The notes: a model not told the origin generated them from the letters alone. 32,000 bases of DNA from Erysipelotrichaceae bacterium (GCA_017405785.1 JAFQZR010000015.1:6360-38359), one strand, 5' to 3'. Counted from the first letter of the stretch, positions 1 to 8,892 are shown. Made by a program: numbers and translations.

Positions 1-1
1 A

Positions 2-1078
2 GGCTTGCCTAATGTAGGCAAGTCGACATTATTTAATGCCATAACCAAATCACAGGTTGAAGCTGCCAACTATCCGTTCGCAACCATCAACCCAAACGTC
101 AAAACTGTGGAGGTACCTGATGAAAGAGTTGACAAGCTGAGTGCCATGTTCAACCCGAGAAAGACCATCAGAACAACCTTCGAGTTTACCGACATCGCCG
201 GTCTGGTAAGAGGCGCATCACGCGGTGAAGGCCTGGGAAACAAGTTCCTGGGTCACATCAGGGAAGTTGATGCCATCTGTCATGTTGTCAGATGCTTTGA
301 CGATAACACCATCACCCACGTGGAAAACTCCGTTGACCCGCGCAGAGACATTGAGATCGTCAATGTTGAACTGGCTCTGGCAGATCTGGATACCGTTCAG
401 AACCGTATCAGCAAGATCGAAAGAAAGGCTCAGACCAAGGAAAAGGATGCCGTAAAGGAATACGAAATGCGGAAAAAGCTGAAAGCTGCCCTGGAAGCAG
501 GACAGAGTGCCCGCAGCGTGGAACTGAACGATGATGAAAAGGAAATAGTTAAATCCTATAACCTTCTGACAATCAAGCCGGTAATCTATATTGCCAACAT
601 GTCAGAAGCCGAGATAGGCCATCCGGAAGACAGTCCGTATTATCAGGAAGTCAAGAAGATCGCTGATGAGGAAGGCAATAAGGTAATCGCCATAGCCGCC
701 AGAACCGAAGAGGAACTGTCAGGACTTGATGACGAGGACAGACAGATGTTACTGGAAGAGATGGGACTGGAAAGAAGCGGTCTCGATGAAATCATCGTTA
801 CAGCCTATTCAATCCTGAATCTGTGTACCTTCTTAACGGTAGGAACCGACGAAGTCAGAGCCTGGACTTTTACAAAAGGAATGAAAGCACCTGACTGTGC
901 CGGAGTAATTCACTCAGATTTTAAGAAAGGCTTTATCAGAGCCGAGGTATTCAGTTATAATGATATTATGGAATATGGCAGTGAGCAGGCTTTAAAGGAA
1001 GCCGGCAAGCTCCGTATAGAGGGAAAAGAATACATAGTACAGGATGGCGACATCATGCATATAAGATTCAATGTTTAA
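2..1078 (+). CDS. ychF: Ribosome-binding ATPase YchF (Obg-like GTPase family), 5' end cut by window edge
   Basis: The frame is open from base 2 and reads GLPNVGKSTLFNA (P-loop G1 motif). DIAGLV(R/K)GAS and the C-terminal TGS-like end ...QDGDIMHIRFNV are typical of YchF. Confidence 0.93.
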   Translation, partial: GLPNVGKSTLFNAITKSQVEAANYPFATINPNVKTVEVPDERVDKLSAMFNPRKTIRTTFEFTDIAGLVRGASRGEGLGNKFLGHIREVDAICHVVRCFDDNTITHVENSVDPRRDIEIVNVELALADLDTVQNRISKIERKAQTKEKDAVKEYEMRKKLKAALEAGQSARSVELNDDEKEIVKSYNLLTIKPVIYIANMSEAEIGHPEDSPYYQEVKKIADEEGNKVIAIAARTEEELSGLDDEDRQMLLEEMGLERSGLDEIIVTAYSILNLCTFLTVGTDEVRAWTFTKGMKAPDCAGVIHSDFKKGFIRAEVFSYNDIMEYGSEQALKEAGKLRIEGKEYIVQDGDIMHIRFNV

Positions 1079-1092
1079 AGGAGGAAAAAACA

Positions 1093-1416
1093 ATGAAATT
1101 AATTATAGCAATTGTATCAAATGACGACAGCGCAGCAGTAACATCCACTTTGACAGAACACGGTTATTTCATCACTAAGCTTTCCACTACCGGCGGATTC
1201 TTAAGAGCCGGCAATACAACATTCCTTATCGGTACCGACGAGGAAAATGTTCCGGCAGTTATCGAGCTGATCAAGAGTGAAAGCAGCAGAAGAACCGAAG
1301 TCGTTCCGGCAACAGCTACATTCGATGTAGGCCACTATTCTTCATATCCAATTGAAGTACAGGTTGGCGGAGCAACAATCTTTGTGCTGGATGTAGAACA
1401 GTTCATCAAGGCATAA
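1093..1416 (+). CDS. darA: PII-like cyclic-di-AMP receptor DarA/PstA (YaaQ, DUF970)
   Basis: At 107 aa it is collinear with my memory of B. subtilis YaaQ: MKLI(I/V)A(I/V)V..D, T.H...TKL(S/A)TTGGFL..GNTTF.IG, and VGGAT(I/V)FVL near the C-terminus. A strong RBS AAGGAGG lies 7 nt upstream. Confidence 0.85.
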   Translation: MKLIIAIVSNDDSAAVTSTLTEHGYFITKLSTTGGFLRAGNTTFLIGTDEENVPAVIELIKSESSRRTEVVPATATFDVGHYSSYPIEVQVGGATIFVLDVEQFIKA

Positions 1417-1433
1417 TAAATGAATACAGTGGG

Positions 1434-1466
1434 ACTGCAGATGTGTTTTCTGCAGTTCTTTTTTTG
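1434..1466 (+). terminator. Rho-independent terminator after darA
   Basis: Stem ACTGCAGA (1434-1441) pairs with TCTGCAGT (1449-1456). It is followed by the T-rich run TCTTTTTTT. Confidence 0.8.
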
Positions 1467-1493
1467 TAGAAACACTTCAGAAAGGTGATGGCA

Positions 1494-2273
1494 ATGAGTT
1501 TTTACCCGGGTTTTGACATTAAGCCGATATCTGATCCTTTAGGTTTTGAATACGGAACCGGTGTTTTTGGTCCGGAAGTCGAACTCAGAACACTCGACAG
1601 CATCCGTAAATCACTGCTGGATCCGGATTGTCAGGGACCTGAGGTAGTATACTCAATTGCGATGGATGTGGGTAATGAAGCTGACAGGGAGGAAATAGTT
1701 AAAAGAAACCTTCTTTACGGCGCAGTTACCTATGCTAAGGGGTTACTGGGCAGGGAACCGGTAAGATCACAGGGTCACATCCATGCCATAAGCCCTTCCT
1801 GTGGTGAATCAACCTGTGAAGTGTATGAAATATGGTCAGGAACAGCCATCATATACATGCAGGAAACGGCACAGGATCATCCGGGAAGATGTTATGCGGT
1901 TATTGCGGAAACCGGAGATGTTGTCATTGTTCCGCCGAAATGGGCTCATGCCACCATTGTCGGTGATGTTAAGGAAAACATGACCTTTGGCGCCTGGTGT
2001 GTAAGAGATTACGGATTTGATTATGACGATGTCAGAAGACACGGAGGGATTGCCTTCTTCCCGATCGTTGGCGAAGACGGGCAGATGACATTCATAAGAA
2101 ACGAAAAATACGGCGATTGTGAGCTGATTATTAAAAAAGCCAGAGAATATCCTGACTTTGGAATAGAAAAAGGTGTTCCTGTTTATACACAGTTCCAGCA
2201 GGACCCGGACAGGTTTCTGTTTGTTTCCAACCCGAAACTGGCAGAAGACCTTTGGAACAGTTACAAACCATAA
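1494..2273 (+). CDS. Cupin-type glucose-6-phosphate isomerase family protein (archaeal-type PGI, PF06560-like)
   Basis: Motifs match my memory of Pyrococcus cupin PGI: QGHIHA (TKGHFHA), EVYEIWSG...IYMQ, and VVIVPPKWAHATIV (VVYVPPYWAHRTVN). I chose the ATG at 1494 (AAAGGTG RBS about 7 nt upstream). The GTG at 1485 and the ATG at 1488 are also possible starts. Confidence 0.78.
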   Translation: MSFYPGFDIKPISDPLGFEYGTGVFGPEVELRTLDSIRKSLLDPDCQGPEVVYSIAMDVGNEADREEIVKRNLLYGAVTYAKGLLGREPVRSQGHIHAISPSCGESTCEVYEIWSGTAIIYMQETAQDHPGRCYAVIAETGDVVIVPPKWAHATIVGDVKENMTFGAWCVRDYGFDYDDVRRHGGIAFFPIVGEDGQMTFIRNEKYGDCELIIKKAREYPDFGIEKGVPVYTQFQQDPDRFLFVSNPKLAEDLWNSYKP

Positions 2274-2287
2274 AAGAGAGAACGACT

Positions 2288-4030
2288 ATGAACTACATAA
2301 ATTTCAAGAGCGAATATGATAAGTGTCCTGAGACTTCTGTTGAAGGTTTTGATACCGAAGCCTTCAGCGGATGGCGGGATATTGTCAGACAGCTGAATAA
2401 AAAGGTTGAAAATGCCCTGGTAGTAGACTGCTATCCCGGTGTTTTTGACGAGGAGCTTTTCCCACATCTCAGGGAATGTGCTGATTTTGATCTGATCATC
2501 AGAATGGACGATATTTTCTATGACGGTGACAGAATAACCGAAATGATGAAACCATTCCTTACTGATGACAGAGTAAGAGGAATCTATTATTACGGCAAAG
2601 TGACGGATTTTATCGATCGGGAAAAGCTGAAAGAGGCAGTTAAGCAGGTAAACGAAGCGTTACGGAAAAATAAGAAGGTACTTGTCTATGGGTTTGGCGC
2701 CTATCTGGTCTGTCAAAAGGGCTTACTGGTTTATGCAGACATGACCAGATGGGAGATTCAGTTGAGATACCGTAAGGGAATGCCTAACTTCCTGCAGACA
2801 AACTATAAGCAAGATTCATTAAGAAAAATCAAAAGAGGTTACTTTATTGAATGGCGCATTGCCGACAGACATAAAGAAGAATTATATGACAGAATAGATT
2901 ACTATCTGGACACCGATGTACCGGATGATCCGAACATGGTCTGCGGGGAAGGATTAAGAGCCGGATTAAGAAAACTGACCGGACAGCCATTCAGAACCGT
3001 ACCTTATTTCGATCCGGGTGTCTGGGGCGGACAGTGGATGAAAGAAGTCTGCGGTCTTGATCCAAAGGAAAAGAATTATGCCTGGTCATTTGACGGCGTG
3101 CCGGAAGAAAACGGCTTATATTTCCGTTTCGGAAAAGTCAGAGTAGCCTGTCCGGCCATGAATCTGACAAAATATCAGCCAAGAGAATTCCTGGGAGAAA
3201 AGACCTTCAGCCGTTTTGGCGCTGAATTCCCTATCCGTTTTGACTTCCTTGATACCATGGACGGTCAGAATCTGAGCCTGCAGGTACACCCGATAACGGA
3301 ATACATGCACAAGAAATTCGGCATGGCATATACTCAGGACGAAAGTTACTATATCCTTGACTGTCAGAAAGACGGCGGTGTCTTCCTTGGCGTAAAGGAA
3401 GGAATTAACCCGGAAGAAATGATAGCTGCTCTTAAGGAAGCTCAGACAGGAAAGGTCAGATTTGATGCTGGTAAATATGTCAACTTCTTCAAGGCAGAGA
3501 AGTTTGATCATTATCTGATACCGGCAGGAACAATACACTGTTCATCCAATGACTGCATGGTCCTGGAGATAAGCGCCACGCCTTATAACTTTACCTTCAA
3601 GCTGTGGGACTGGGACAGACTGGGACTGGATGGTCTGCCTAGACCGATCCACATTGAAGACGGTGAGAAGGTCATTCAGTTTGACCGTACTACTGAATGG
3701 GTAAAGAAAAACCTGGTCAATCACTTTGAAGTACTTCAGGAAAATGAAGACTATAAGGAAACCAGGACAGGATTACATGAGCTTGAGTTCATAGAATCCA
3801 GAGTGTATGACGTAAACACTTCCGTAACCTTTGAAAGTAATAATGAATTCTGCATGTGCAACCTGGTAGACGGCAGAAAAGCGGTCATTGAAAGTGCAGA
3901 GAACAGATTTGAACCGTATACTGTACATTATGCAGAAACATTCATCATACCGGCCAAAGCCGGAGATGTGATCATCAGACCGGCTGATGATGGTCCAATA
4001 AAGGTCATCAAGGCCAATGTCAGATTTTGA
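2288..4030 (+). CDS. Long type-I phosphomannose-isomerase-like protein (class I mannose-6-phosphate isomerase family)
   Basis: It carries NLSLQVHP...QDESYYILD and the later LIPAGTIHC motif, characteristic of type-I PMI cupins, with a roughly 250-aa N-terminal extension. I chose the start at MNYINF (2288). The ORF-track start at 2252 would overlap the upstream gene. Confidence 0.7.
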   Translation: MNYINFKSEYDKCPETSVEGFDTEAFSGWRDIVRQLNKKVENALVVDCYPGVFDEELFPHLRECADFDLIIRMDDIFYDGDRITEMMKPFLTDDRVRGIYYYGKVTDFIDREKLKEAVKQVNEALRKNKKVLVYGFGAYLVCQKGLLVYADMTRWEIQLRYRKGMPNFLQTNYKQDSLRKIKRGYFIEWRIADRHKEELYDRIDYYLDTDVPDDPNMVCGEGLRAGLRKLTGQPFRTVPYFDPGVWGGQWMKEVCGLDPKEKNYAWSFDGVPEENGLYFRFGKVRVACPAMNLTKYQPREFLGEKTFSRFGAEFPIRFDFLDTMDGQNLSLQVHPITEYMHKKFGMAYTQDESYYILDCQKDGGVFLGVKEGINPEEMIAALKEAQTGKVRFDAGKYVNFFKAEKFDHYLIPAGTIHCSSNDCMVLEISATPYNFTFKLWDWDRLGLDGLPRPIHIEDGEKVIQFDRTTEWVKKNLVNHFEVLQENEDYKETRTGLHELEFIESRVYDVNTSVTFESNNEFCMCNLVDGRKAVIESAENRFEPYTVHYAETFIIPAKAGDVIIRPADDGPIKVIKANVRF

Positions 4031-4044
4031 AACGGAGAACAGAT

Positions 4045-4476
4045 ATGCAGATTATACTAGTAATAGATGCCCAGGGCGGAGGCATCGGCAAGCAGATCAT
4101 ACAGTCGCTGAAGAAAAAGGAGTATCCGGTAAGGATCACGGCTGTAGGCACCAATACGGCAGCCACAATGGCCATGTTAAATGCCGGAGCAGATATTGCA
4201 GTGACGGGGGAGAACGCTGTAAAGGTCAATGCCCGTAATGCTGATATAATCATAGGACCTATAGGGATAGTCATAGCGAATTCCCTGTATGGTGAAATAA
4301 CACCTGAAATGGCTCTGGCAATAGCTCAGAGCAGGGCAGTAAGAATACTTCTTCCTATCAACCGCTGTGAAAACATCATTGCCGGTGTGGAAAACCTCAA
4401 CCTGTCGTATCTGATCGACAAGGCCCTGGAGGAAGTAAGCAAGCTTGTTGACACTGAAAAGCGGTTATACCTATAA
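4045..4476 (+). CDS. DUF3842 family protein
   Basis: MQIILVIDAQGGGIGKQII...AVGTN..AT.AML.AGA...TGENA matches the remembered DUF3842 consensus (VIDGQGGGIG). The RBS GGAGAA lies 6 nt upstream of ATG 4045. Confidence 0.65.
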   Translation: MQIILVIDAQGGGIGKQIIQSLKKKEYPVRITAVGTNTAATMAMLNAGADIAVTGENAVKVNARNADIIIGPIGIVIANSLYGEITPEMALAIAQSRAVRILLPINRCENIIAGVENLNLSYLIDKALEEVSKLVDTEKRLYL

Positions 4477-4536
4477 TTTAGTTAGCAGCACGAAGCTGTG
4501 ACAGATTATACAGAAGTATAATAAGCAGTTACCAGA

Positions 4537-4580
4537 AGGTATATTTATTTCGAATGAATAAATATGCCTTTTATTTGTTT
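4537..4580 (+). terminator. Strong intrinsic terminator between the DUF3842 gene and the ECF S-component gene
   Basis: A 13-bp stem AGGTATATTTATT (4537-4549) pairs with AATAAATATGCCT (4557-4569), with one G-T pair. TTTTATTTGTTT follows. It ends only 11 nt before the RBS of the next gene. Confidence 0.7.
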
Positions 4581-4591
4581 AAGGAGGATCT

Positions 4592-5116
4592 ATGAAAAAC
4601 AACACAAGAACACTGGTATTATCCGCTCTATTCATCGCTCTGGGAGTAACTCTTCCTCAGGCATTCCACGCTGTTCCAAATGCCGGCAGCGTCTTTCTGC
4701 CAATGCATATTCCTGTACTGGTTGCGGGTTTCGCCGTTGGTCCGGTCTTCGGAGCAATCGTCGGTTTTGTGACACCAATGCTTTCACATCTGTTATTTGG
4801 TATGCCGCCAACAGCCGTACTTCCTTCAATGTTATGTGAACTGACAGCTTATGGCTTTGCGGCAGGATTCCTGTGCAAGATAATCAAAACCAAGAAACAG
4901 ATAGTAAAGGTGTTTGCCGTTCTGATTGGTGCCATGCTATGCGGACGTATCTTCTACGGCCTGCTGAACGCTCTGATCTTCAAGGCAGGAGCATATTCAT
5001 TAAAGGCCTGGATCTCAGCAGCCTTTGTAACTGCTCTTCCGGGAATCGCAATTCAGCTGATCGTGGTTCCGGCTGTGGTAATGGCACTGGTAAAAGCCAA
5101 ACTCATCAAGATTTAG
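4592..5116 (+). CDS. ECF-transporter substrate-capture (S) component, substrate unknown
   Basis: A 174-aa protein with about 6 predicted TM segments. The N-terminal T..L..SALFIALGV.LP and LPMHIPVL.AG are typical of PF12822-type S components. RBS AAGGAGG at 4581-4587. Confidence 0.7.
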   Translation: MKNNTRTLVLSALFIALGVTLPQAFHAVPNAGSVFLPMHIPVLVAGFAVGPVFGAIVGFVTPMLSHLLFGMPPTAVLPSMLCELTAYGFAAGFLCKIIKTKKQIVKVFAVLIGAMLCGRIFYGLLNALIFKAGAYSLKAWISAAFVTALPGIAIQLIVVPAVVMALVKAKLIKI

Positions 5117-5120
5117 CACA

Positions 5121-5148
5121 AAAAAGGATGGAGATCTCCATCCTTTTT
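5121..5148. terminator. Bidirectional terminator between convergent genes
   Basis: AAAAAGGATGGAGATCTCCATCCTTTTT is a perfect palindrome flanked by an A-run and a T-run, lying between the 4592-5116 (+) and 5152-6354 (-) genes. Confidence 0.8.
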
Positions 5149-5151
5149 AAA

Positions 5152-6354
5152 TTATTCTGTCTGCTCTTTCTTATGTTTATAAAGAATATAGAACCCGAGC
5201 AGCAATGCAATCAGCTGTAAAACGATACCAACCACAAAACAAGGACGGTATGATCCGGTAAAGTCATAAATGTATCCGAAGATCATGCTGCCGAAATACA
5301 TCAGTCCGTAAGGAACTGATTGAGCGGCAAAGACATCAGCGTACTGTTTGTTTCCATAAACGTGTCTGATAAGAGCCGAAGTAGTTATCTGATTGCCGTA
5401 AGCAGTTCCCAATATGAAGGCACCTGTCAAAAGTGTGACATCATCTGAGCTGATAAACAGAATCAAACAGGCTATGATAGCGGTAATGCAGCCAAAGGCA
5501 ACGCCGTATTTATTGCCGATTCTGTCACAGACAAGACCGGAAACGAATTTGAAGAAAAGATTTCCCAGCATGAGACTGCTGACAAGCAAAGGCCCCAATG
5601 CCGGTTTACCCAGAGACCGGGCAAAACCGTTAAGATGATTATTTATATGGACAAGTAATGCCATCAGTATGGAAACCGTACACAGAGCATAGAATACAGG
5701 ATCGTTTACTTTAAACGGATGATGGTTTAGCCCGTCATCTTTTTTCCGGGAGTTCTTACCTGTTTCGGTGGTAAACGGCTTGAAGTTTTTCTCTTCCGGT
5801 GTGAGGGTCAGAAACAGAAAGGCAGGTAATACCAGAGCAAACTGGAAGAATGCCATGGTAAAGAACCCTGCTCTTAATCCGTAATTGTTGACAACATGAC
5901 TGAACAACGGTGAATACAGCGCTCCGGCGATACCGGAAAAACCCAACGCCAAAGCTGAAACGGAACTGCGGTAGTCGGTAAACCAGTTGCCTATGACGAT
6001 TATAATGATGGTACTGGTGAAAACAGAGTTAAGAATACCCTTGAAAACATTACTGGCGAGGTAAAGCCAGACATTGTCCATGAATCCGAAACTGATTGTC
6101 AATAAGGAGCTGCAGATGGCTGTTACCAGCATCACATAACGTAAAGGGAACTTTCTTACAGCCCACAACATCAGCGGAGCGCATAGTCCGGATACAATAC
6201 CGTATATGGTTGAAGCCAGGGAAACCGTACCTCTCAGGGCTTTCATCTGCTCGGAAAGAGGCACAATAAAAGCACCGTAGGCATTAGCGGTACCGGTACA
6301 GGCCCCAATATAAAGACAGCAGCAGATTATTACCAGCAGGTAAGTACGTTTCAT
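5152..6354 (-). CDS. MFS transporter (oxalate/formate-antiporter-like architecture)
   Basis: A 400-aa protein with two 6-TM halves separated by a charged loop (KNSRKKDDG). RBS GGGAGAA upstream. No substrate can be inferred. Confidence 0.8.
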   Translation of the reverse strand: MKRTYLLVIICCCLYIGACTGTANAYGAFIVPLSEQMKALRGTVSLASTIYGIVSGLCAPLMLWAVRKFPLRYVMLVTAICSSLLTISFGFMDNVWLYLASNVFKGILNSVFTSTIIIIVIGNWFTDYRSSVSALALGFSGIAGALYSPLFSHVVNNYGLRAGFFTMAFFQFALVLPAFLFLTLTPEEKNFKPFTTETGKNSRKKDDGLNHHPFKVNDPVFYALCTVSILMALLVHINNHLNGFARSLGKPALGPLLVSSLMLGNLFFKFVSGLVCDRIGNKYGVAFGCITAIIACLILFISSDDVTLLTGAFILGTAYGNQITTSALIRHVYGNKQYADVFAAQSVPYGLMYFGSMIFGYIYDFTGSYRPCFVVGIVLQLIALLLGFYILYKHKKEQTE

Positions 6355-6424
6355 TAAAATTTATTCTCCCTGATTACAGTTTAATATAGGTTGGATTACA
6401 GAAAAAGCAGTTTAATTGCCAGGC

Positions 6425-6450
6425 ATAATAAAAACACCTTGCGGTGTTAT
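6425..6450 (-). terminator. Terminator of the ydbC-like gene
   Basis: On the - strand, AACACCgcaaGGTGTT is followed by TTTTATTAT, immediately after the stop at 6453. Confidence 0.6.
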
Positions 6451-6452
6451 TA

Positions 6453-6665
6453 TTACATGTCCTTTAACAGAGCTTTCAGGTTTTCCATTTCTTCCTTGGA
6501 AATGGTAACGCCCTTGCCCATCTTTGAGCCGTCAGGATTCCATGTTCTGATATCATAAACAGGATCTCTGCCGTTCCAGCTGATGAGGTTCAGTTCTTTC
6601 TTCCAGCCGTTCTTCTGTTCTGATAAAATGCCAATGTGTTCAACTACTTCATAACTAAAATCCAT
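6453..6665 (-). CDS. PC4/YdbC-like ssDNA-binding small protein
   Basis: At 70 aa, E.IG.LSE...GW.KELN..SWN...P.YDIR.W.PD..KMGKG.T(L/I)S.EE resembles my memory of Lactococcus YdbC. RBS AAAGAGG. Confidence 0.72.
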   Translation of the reverse strand: MDFSYEVVEHIGILSEQKNGWKKELNLISWNGRDPVYDIRTWNPDGSKMGKGVTISKEEMENLKALLKDM

Positions 6666-6780
6666 AAGATACCTCTTTCTGTGTTGATTGTGAATTTCTT
6701 TTATAAATTATAATATATAATATAAAAAGAAAAAATAAAAGAAATATTTTCGCTGTGTTACAATAAAAATGGTGATGAAC

Positions 6781-7254
6781 ATGAGAATAGGACAGTCAAC
6801 AGACATTCACAGACTGGTAAAAGGCCGCGATCTGATTCTGGGAGGAGTAAAGATTCCTTATGAACTGGGGTTACTGGGACACTCAGATGCAGATGTTCTT
6901 TTACATGCCATAACGGAAGCGATCATCGGAGCCATGGCTCTGAGTGATCTGGGAAGACACTTCCCTGACAACGATGATAAGTATAAAGACATATCATCCA
7001 TGATACTGCTGGAAAAGACAGCACGGATGATGAGAGAGAACGGCTACAGAATCGGTAACATTGATTCATTGGTCATCATTCAGGAACCGAAGCTGAAAGA
7101 TTACATACCTGAAATGGTAACAAACATTGCCAGAGTTCTGCAGTGTGATGAAAGCAGAGTCAATGTCAAGGCCACAACCGGAGAGCATCTTGGCTTTGTC
7201 GGTAATAAGGAAGGCGTGGTTTCCCAGGCAGTTGTCCTTCTGGAAGAGGTTTAA
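6781..7254 (+). CDS. ispF: 2-C-methyl-D-erythritol 2,4-cyclodiphosphate synthase
   Basis: MRIGQS.DIHRL, GHSDADVLLHA and the ATT.E.LGFVG motifs are present. I chose the start at MRIG (6781). In-frame ATGs at 6769 and 6775 are possible. Confidence 0.95.
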   Translation: MRIGQSTDIHRLVKGRDLILGGVKIPYELGLLGHSDADVLLHAITEAIIGAMALSDLGRHFPDNDDKYKDISSMILLEKTARMMRENGYRIGNIDSLVIIQEPKLKDYIPEMVTNIARVLQCDESRVNVKATTGEHLGFVGNKEGVVSQAVVLLEEV

Positions 7255-7257
7255 AGC

Positions 7258-7458
7258 ATGTACAGTTACAGAGTGGTATTTGAAGAAATAGATGATGCCA
7301 GAAGGCTGAAAGAGCTGCTGGAAGAAATCGGTGATACCTATGCCAGCGTCAATGCCAGGAAAAACGAAGCTGTCATTGAAACTGATGAGAGCATTTCCGA
7401 TATCTGTGAAATGCTGAAAGACGAAGGTTACGAGATCATAGATCTGGAAATGATTTAA
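7258..7458 (+). CDS. Small acidic hypothetical protein (66 aa), coupled to ispF
   Basis: The ATG lies 3 nt after the ispF stop, with GGAAGAGG upstream. It has no recognisable motif. It is followed directly by a terminator. Confidence 0.5.
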   Translation: MYSYRVVFEEIDDARRLKELLEEIGDTYASVNARKNEAVIETDESISDICEMLKDEGYEIIDLEMI

Positions 7459-7463
7459 AAGAT

Positions 7464-7505
7464 ACACCGGATATCATGTGCTATTTACATGAATCCGGTG
7501 TTTTC
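7464..7505 (+). terminator. Rho-independent terminator of the ispF operon
   Basis: ACACCGGAT pairs with ATCCGGTGT, with an inner TCATGT...ACATGA extension. TTTTCT follows. Confidence 0.75.
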
Positions 7506-7536
7506 TGATGCTAAAATATAAGCAGAAAGGTGAATT

Positions 7537-8892
7537 ATGTCTGAAAACAGAAAGAAGGAACTGGATCTTACCGAAGGTACGGTAGGTGAACGGATCATGC
7601 ATTTCATATGGCCGGTATTATTAGCCAGCGTTTTTCAGCAGTTCTATTCACTAACCAATCAGCTTATTGTCGGTAACTATGTTTCAAAGGAAGCTTTGAG
7701 TGCCGTCAGCGCCTGCAGTAATGTTACAAATATCTTTACCTTCTTCTTCGGAGGAATCGGCTTAGGGGCAGGCATAGTGGTATCGCATGCTTACGGTGCC
7801 AAAAAACGGGACAGGTTGAAGGAAGCCATTGACACTTCGCTTTTACTGTCTTTTTTCGGAGGCATTATACTGACCATAATGTCCGAGGTGACCATCAAGC
7901 TGTTAATGGGGCTGATCAATATCAACGAAACTCTGTATCCTATCGCTTACGATTACATGAGAGTCTACATGATCGGCAACATGGCGGTATTTATGTATAA
8001 CATGTGCTTTTACATTTTCCGTTCAGTGGGAGATTCAAAGCATCCTCTGTATTATCTGATCCTTTCCAGTGTCATCAACCTGGTACTGGGTGTCATATTT
8101 GTCAGAGTCTTTAATATGAACGTCATCGGTACAGCTCTGGCAACCATTATCAGCCAGTTCATCGTTGACATACTATGTGTCAGACTGATGGTCGTCAATC
8201 CGGTGCTGAATGTTAATCTGAAGGAACTGAAGATGAATTGGAAACTGGTTTGGGAAATATGCCGCTTAGGTATCCCGGCGGGAATACAGAATACGCTTAT
8301 TGCCATGGCCGGTGTAACCGTACAGGCATATACCAATCTCTTCAGCAATGAGATCATTGCCGGAGTAGGTGTTGGACAGCGTGTTACGGGGTATGCCCAG
8401 ATACCATTACATGCTTTTACAACAGTAACGACCAGTTACGTCGGACAGAATTACGGTGCCGGTAAATATGACAGAGTCAGAGAGGGAATGAAATACTGTC
8501 TCAGATTATCCAACATCGTATCACTGACTTTATCCCGGCTGTGTTTCATCTTTGCCAAGGAACTGGTAGGCATGTTCAACAAGGACCCGGAAATCATCCG
8601 TTACGGCGTGGAAATGGTCAGATATACGGTATTCAGCACGATATTCATCGGCTGGTCGCACATTTATAACGGTGTATGCCGTGGCGCCGGTAATGTCAGA
8701 TTCCCACTGATCATTGCGGTAGTTACCCAGGTCATCATCCGCTATGTATATGTTGTGGTAGCCTTCAAGATCAGATTTAACGTAGTAGATATCTATGTGG
8801 CCAACTGCATCGGTTATTTCTTTGCGGGAATCGTGGCCTTCCTTTACTTCCGTTTCTCCAGCTGGACTCTGGAAAACCACTTACGTGTATAA
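7537..8892 (+). CDS. MATE family efflux transporter
   Basis: A 451-aa protein with 12 predicted TM segments. The N-terminus (..I..F..P.....FQQ.Y...N...VG...S.EALSAV) is typical of MATE/NorM-like proteins. RBS GAAAGGTG. Confidence 0.9.
   Translation: MSENRKKELDLTEGTVGERIMHFIWPVLLASVFQQFYSLTNQLIVGNYVSKEALSAVSACSNVTNIFTFFFGGIGLGAGIVVSHAYGAKKRDRLKEAIDTSLLLSFFGGIILTIMSEVTIKLLMGLININETLYPIAYDYMRVYMIGNMAVFMYNMCFYIFRSVGDSKHPLYYLILSSVINLVLGVIFVRVFNMNVIGTALATIISQFIVDILCVRLMVVNPVLNVNLKELKMNWKLVWEICRLGIPAGIQNTLIAMAGVTVQAYTNLFSNEIIAGVGVGQRVTGYAQIPLHAFTTVTTSYVGQNYGAGKYDRVREGMKYCLRLSNIVSLTLSRLCFIFAKELVGMFNKDPEIIRYGVEMVRYTVFSTIFIGWSHIYNGVCRGAGNVRFPLIIAVVTQVIIRYVYVVVAFKIRFNVVDIYVANCIGYFFAGIVAFLYFRFSSWTLENHLRV

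Noticed and set aside
2252-2287. ORF-track start of the PMI-like gene at 2252, overlapping the PGI-like gene by 22 nt
   Set aside because: The ATG at 2288 avoids the overlap and has a purine-rich stretch upstream. The earlier start remains possible but is less parsimonious.
4564-4839. 91-aa + strand ORF overlapping the start of the ECF S-component gene
   Set aside because: It is in a different frame from the well-supported S-component CDS and begins inside the terminator hairpin. Its Arg/Ser/Cys-rich composition is typical of an out-of-frame translation.
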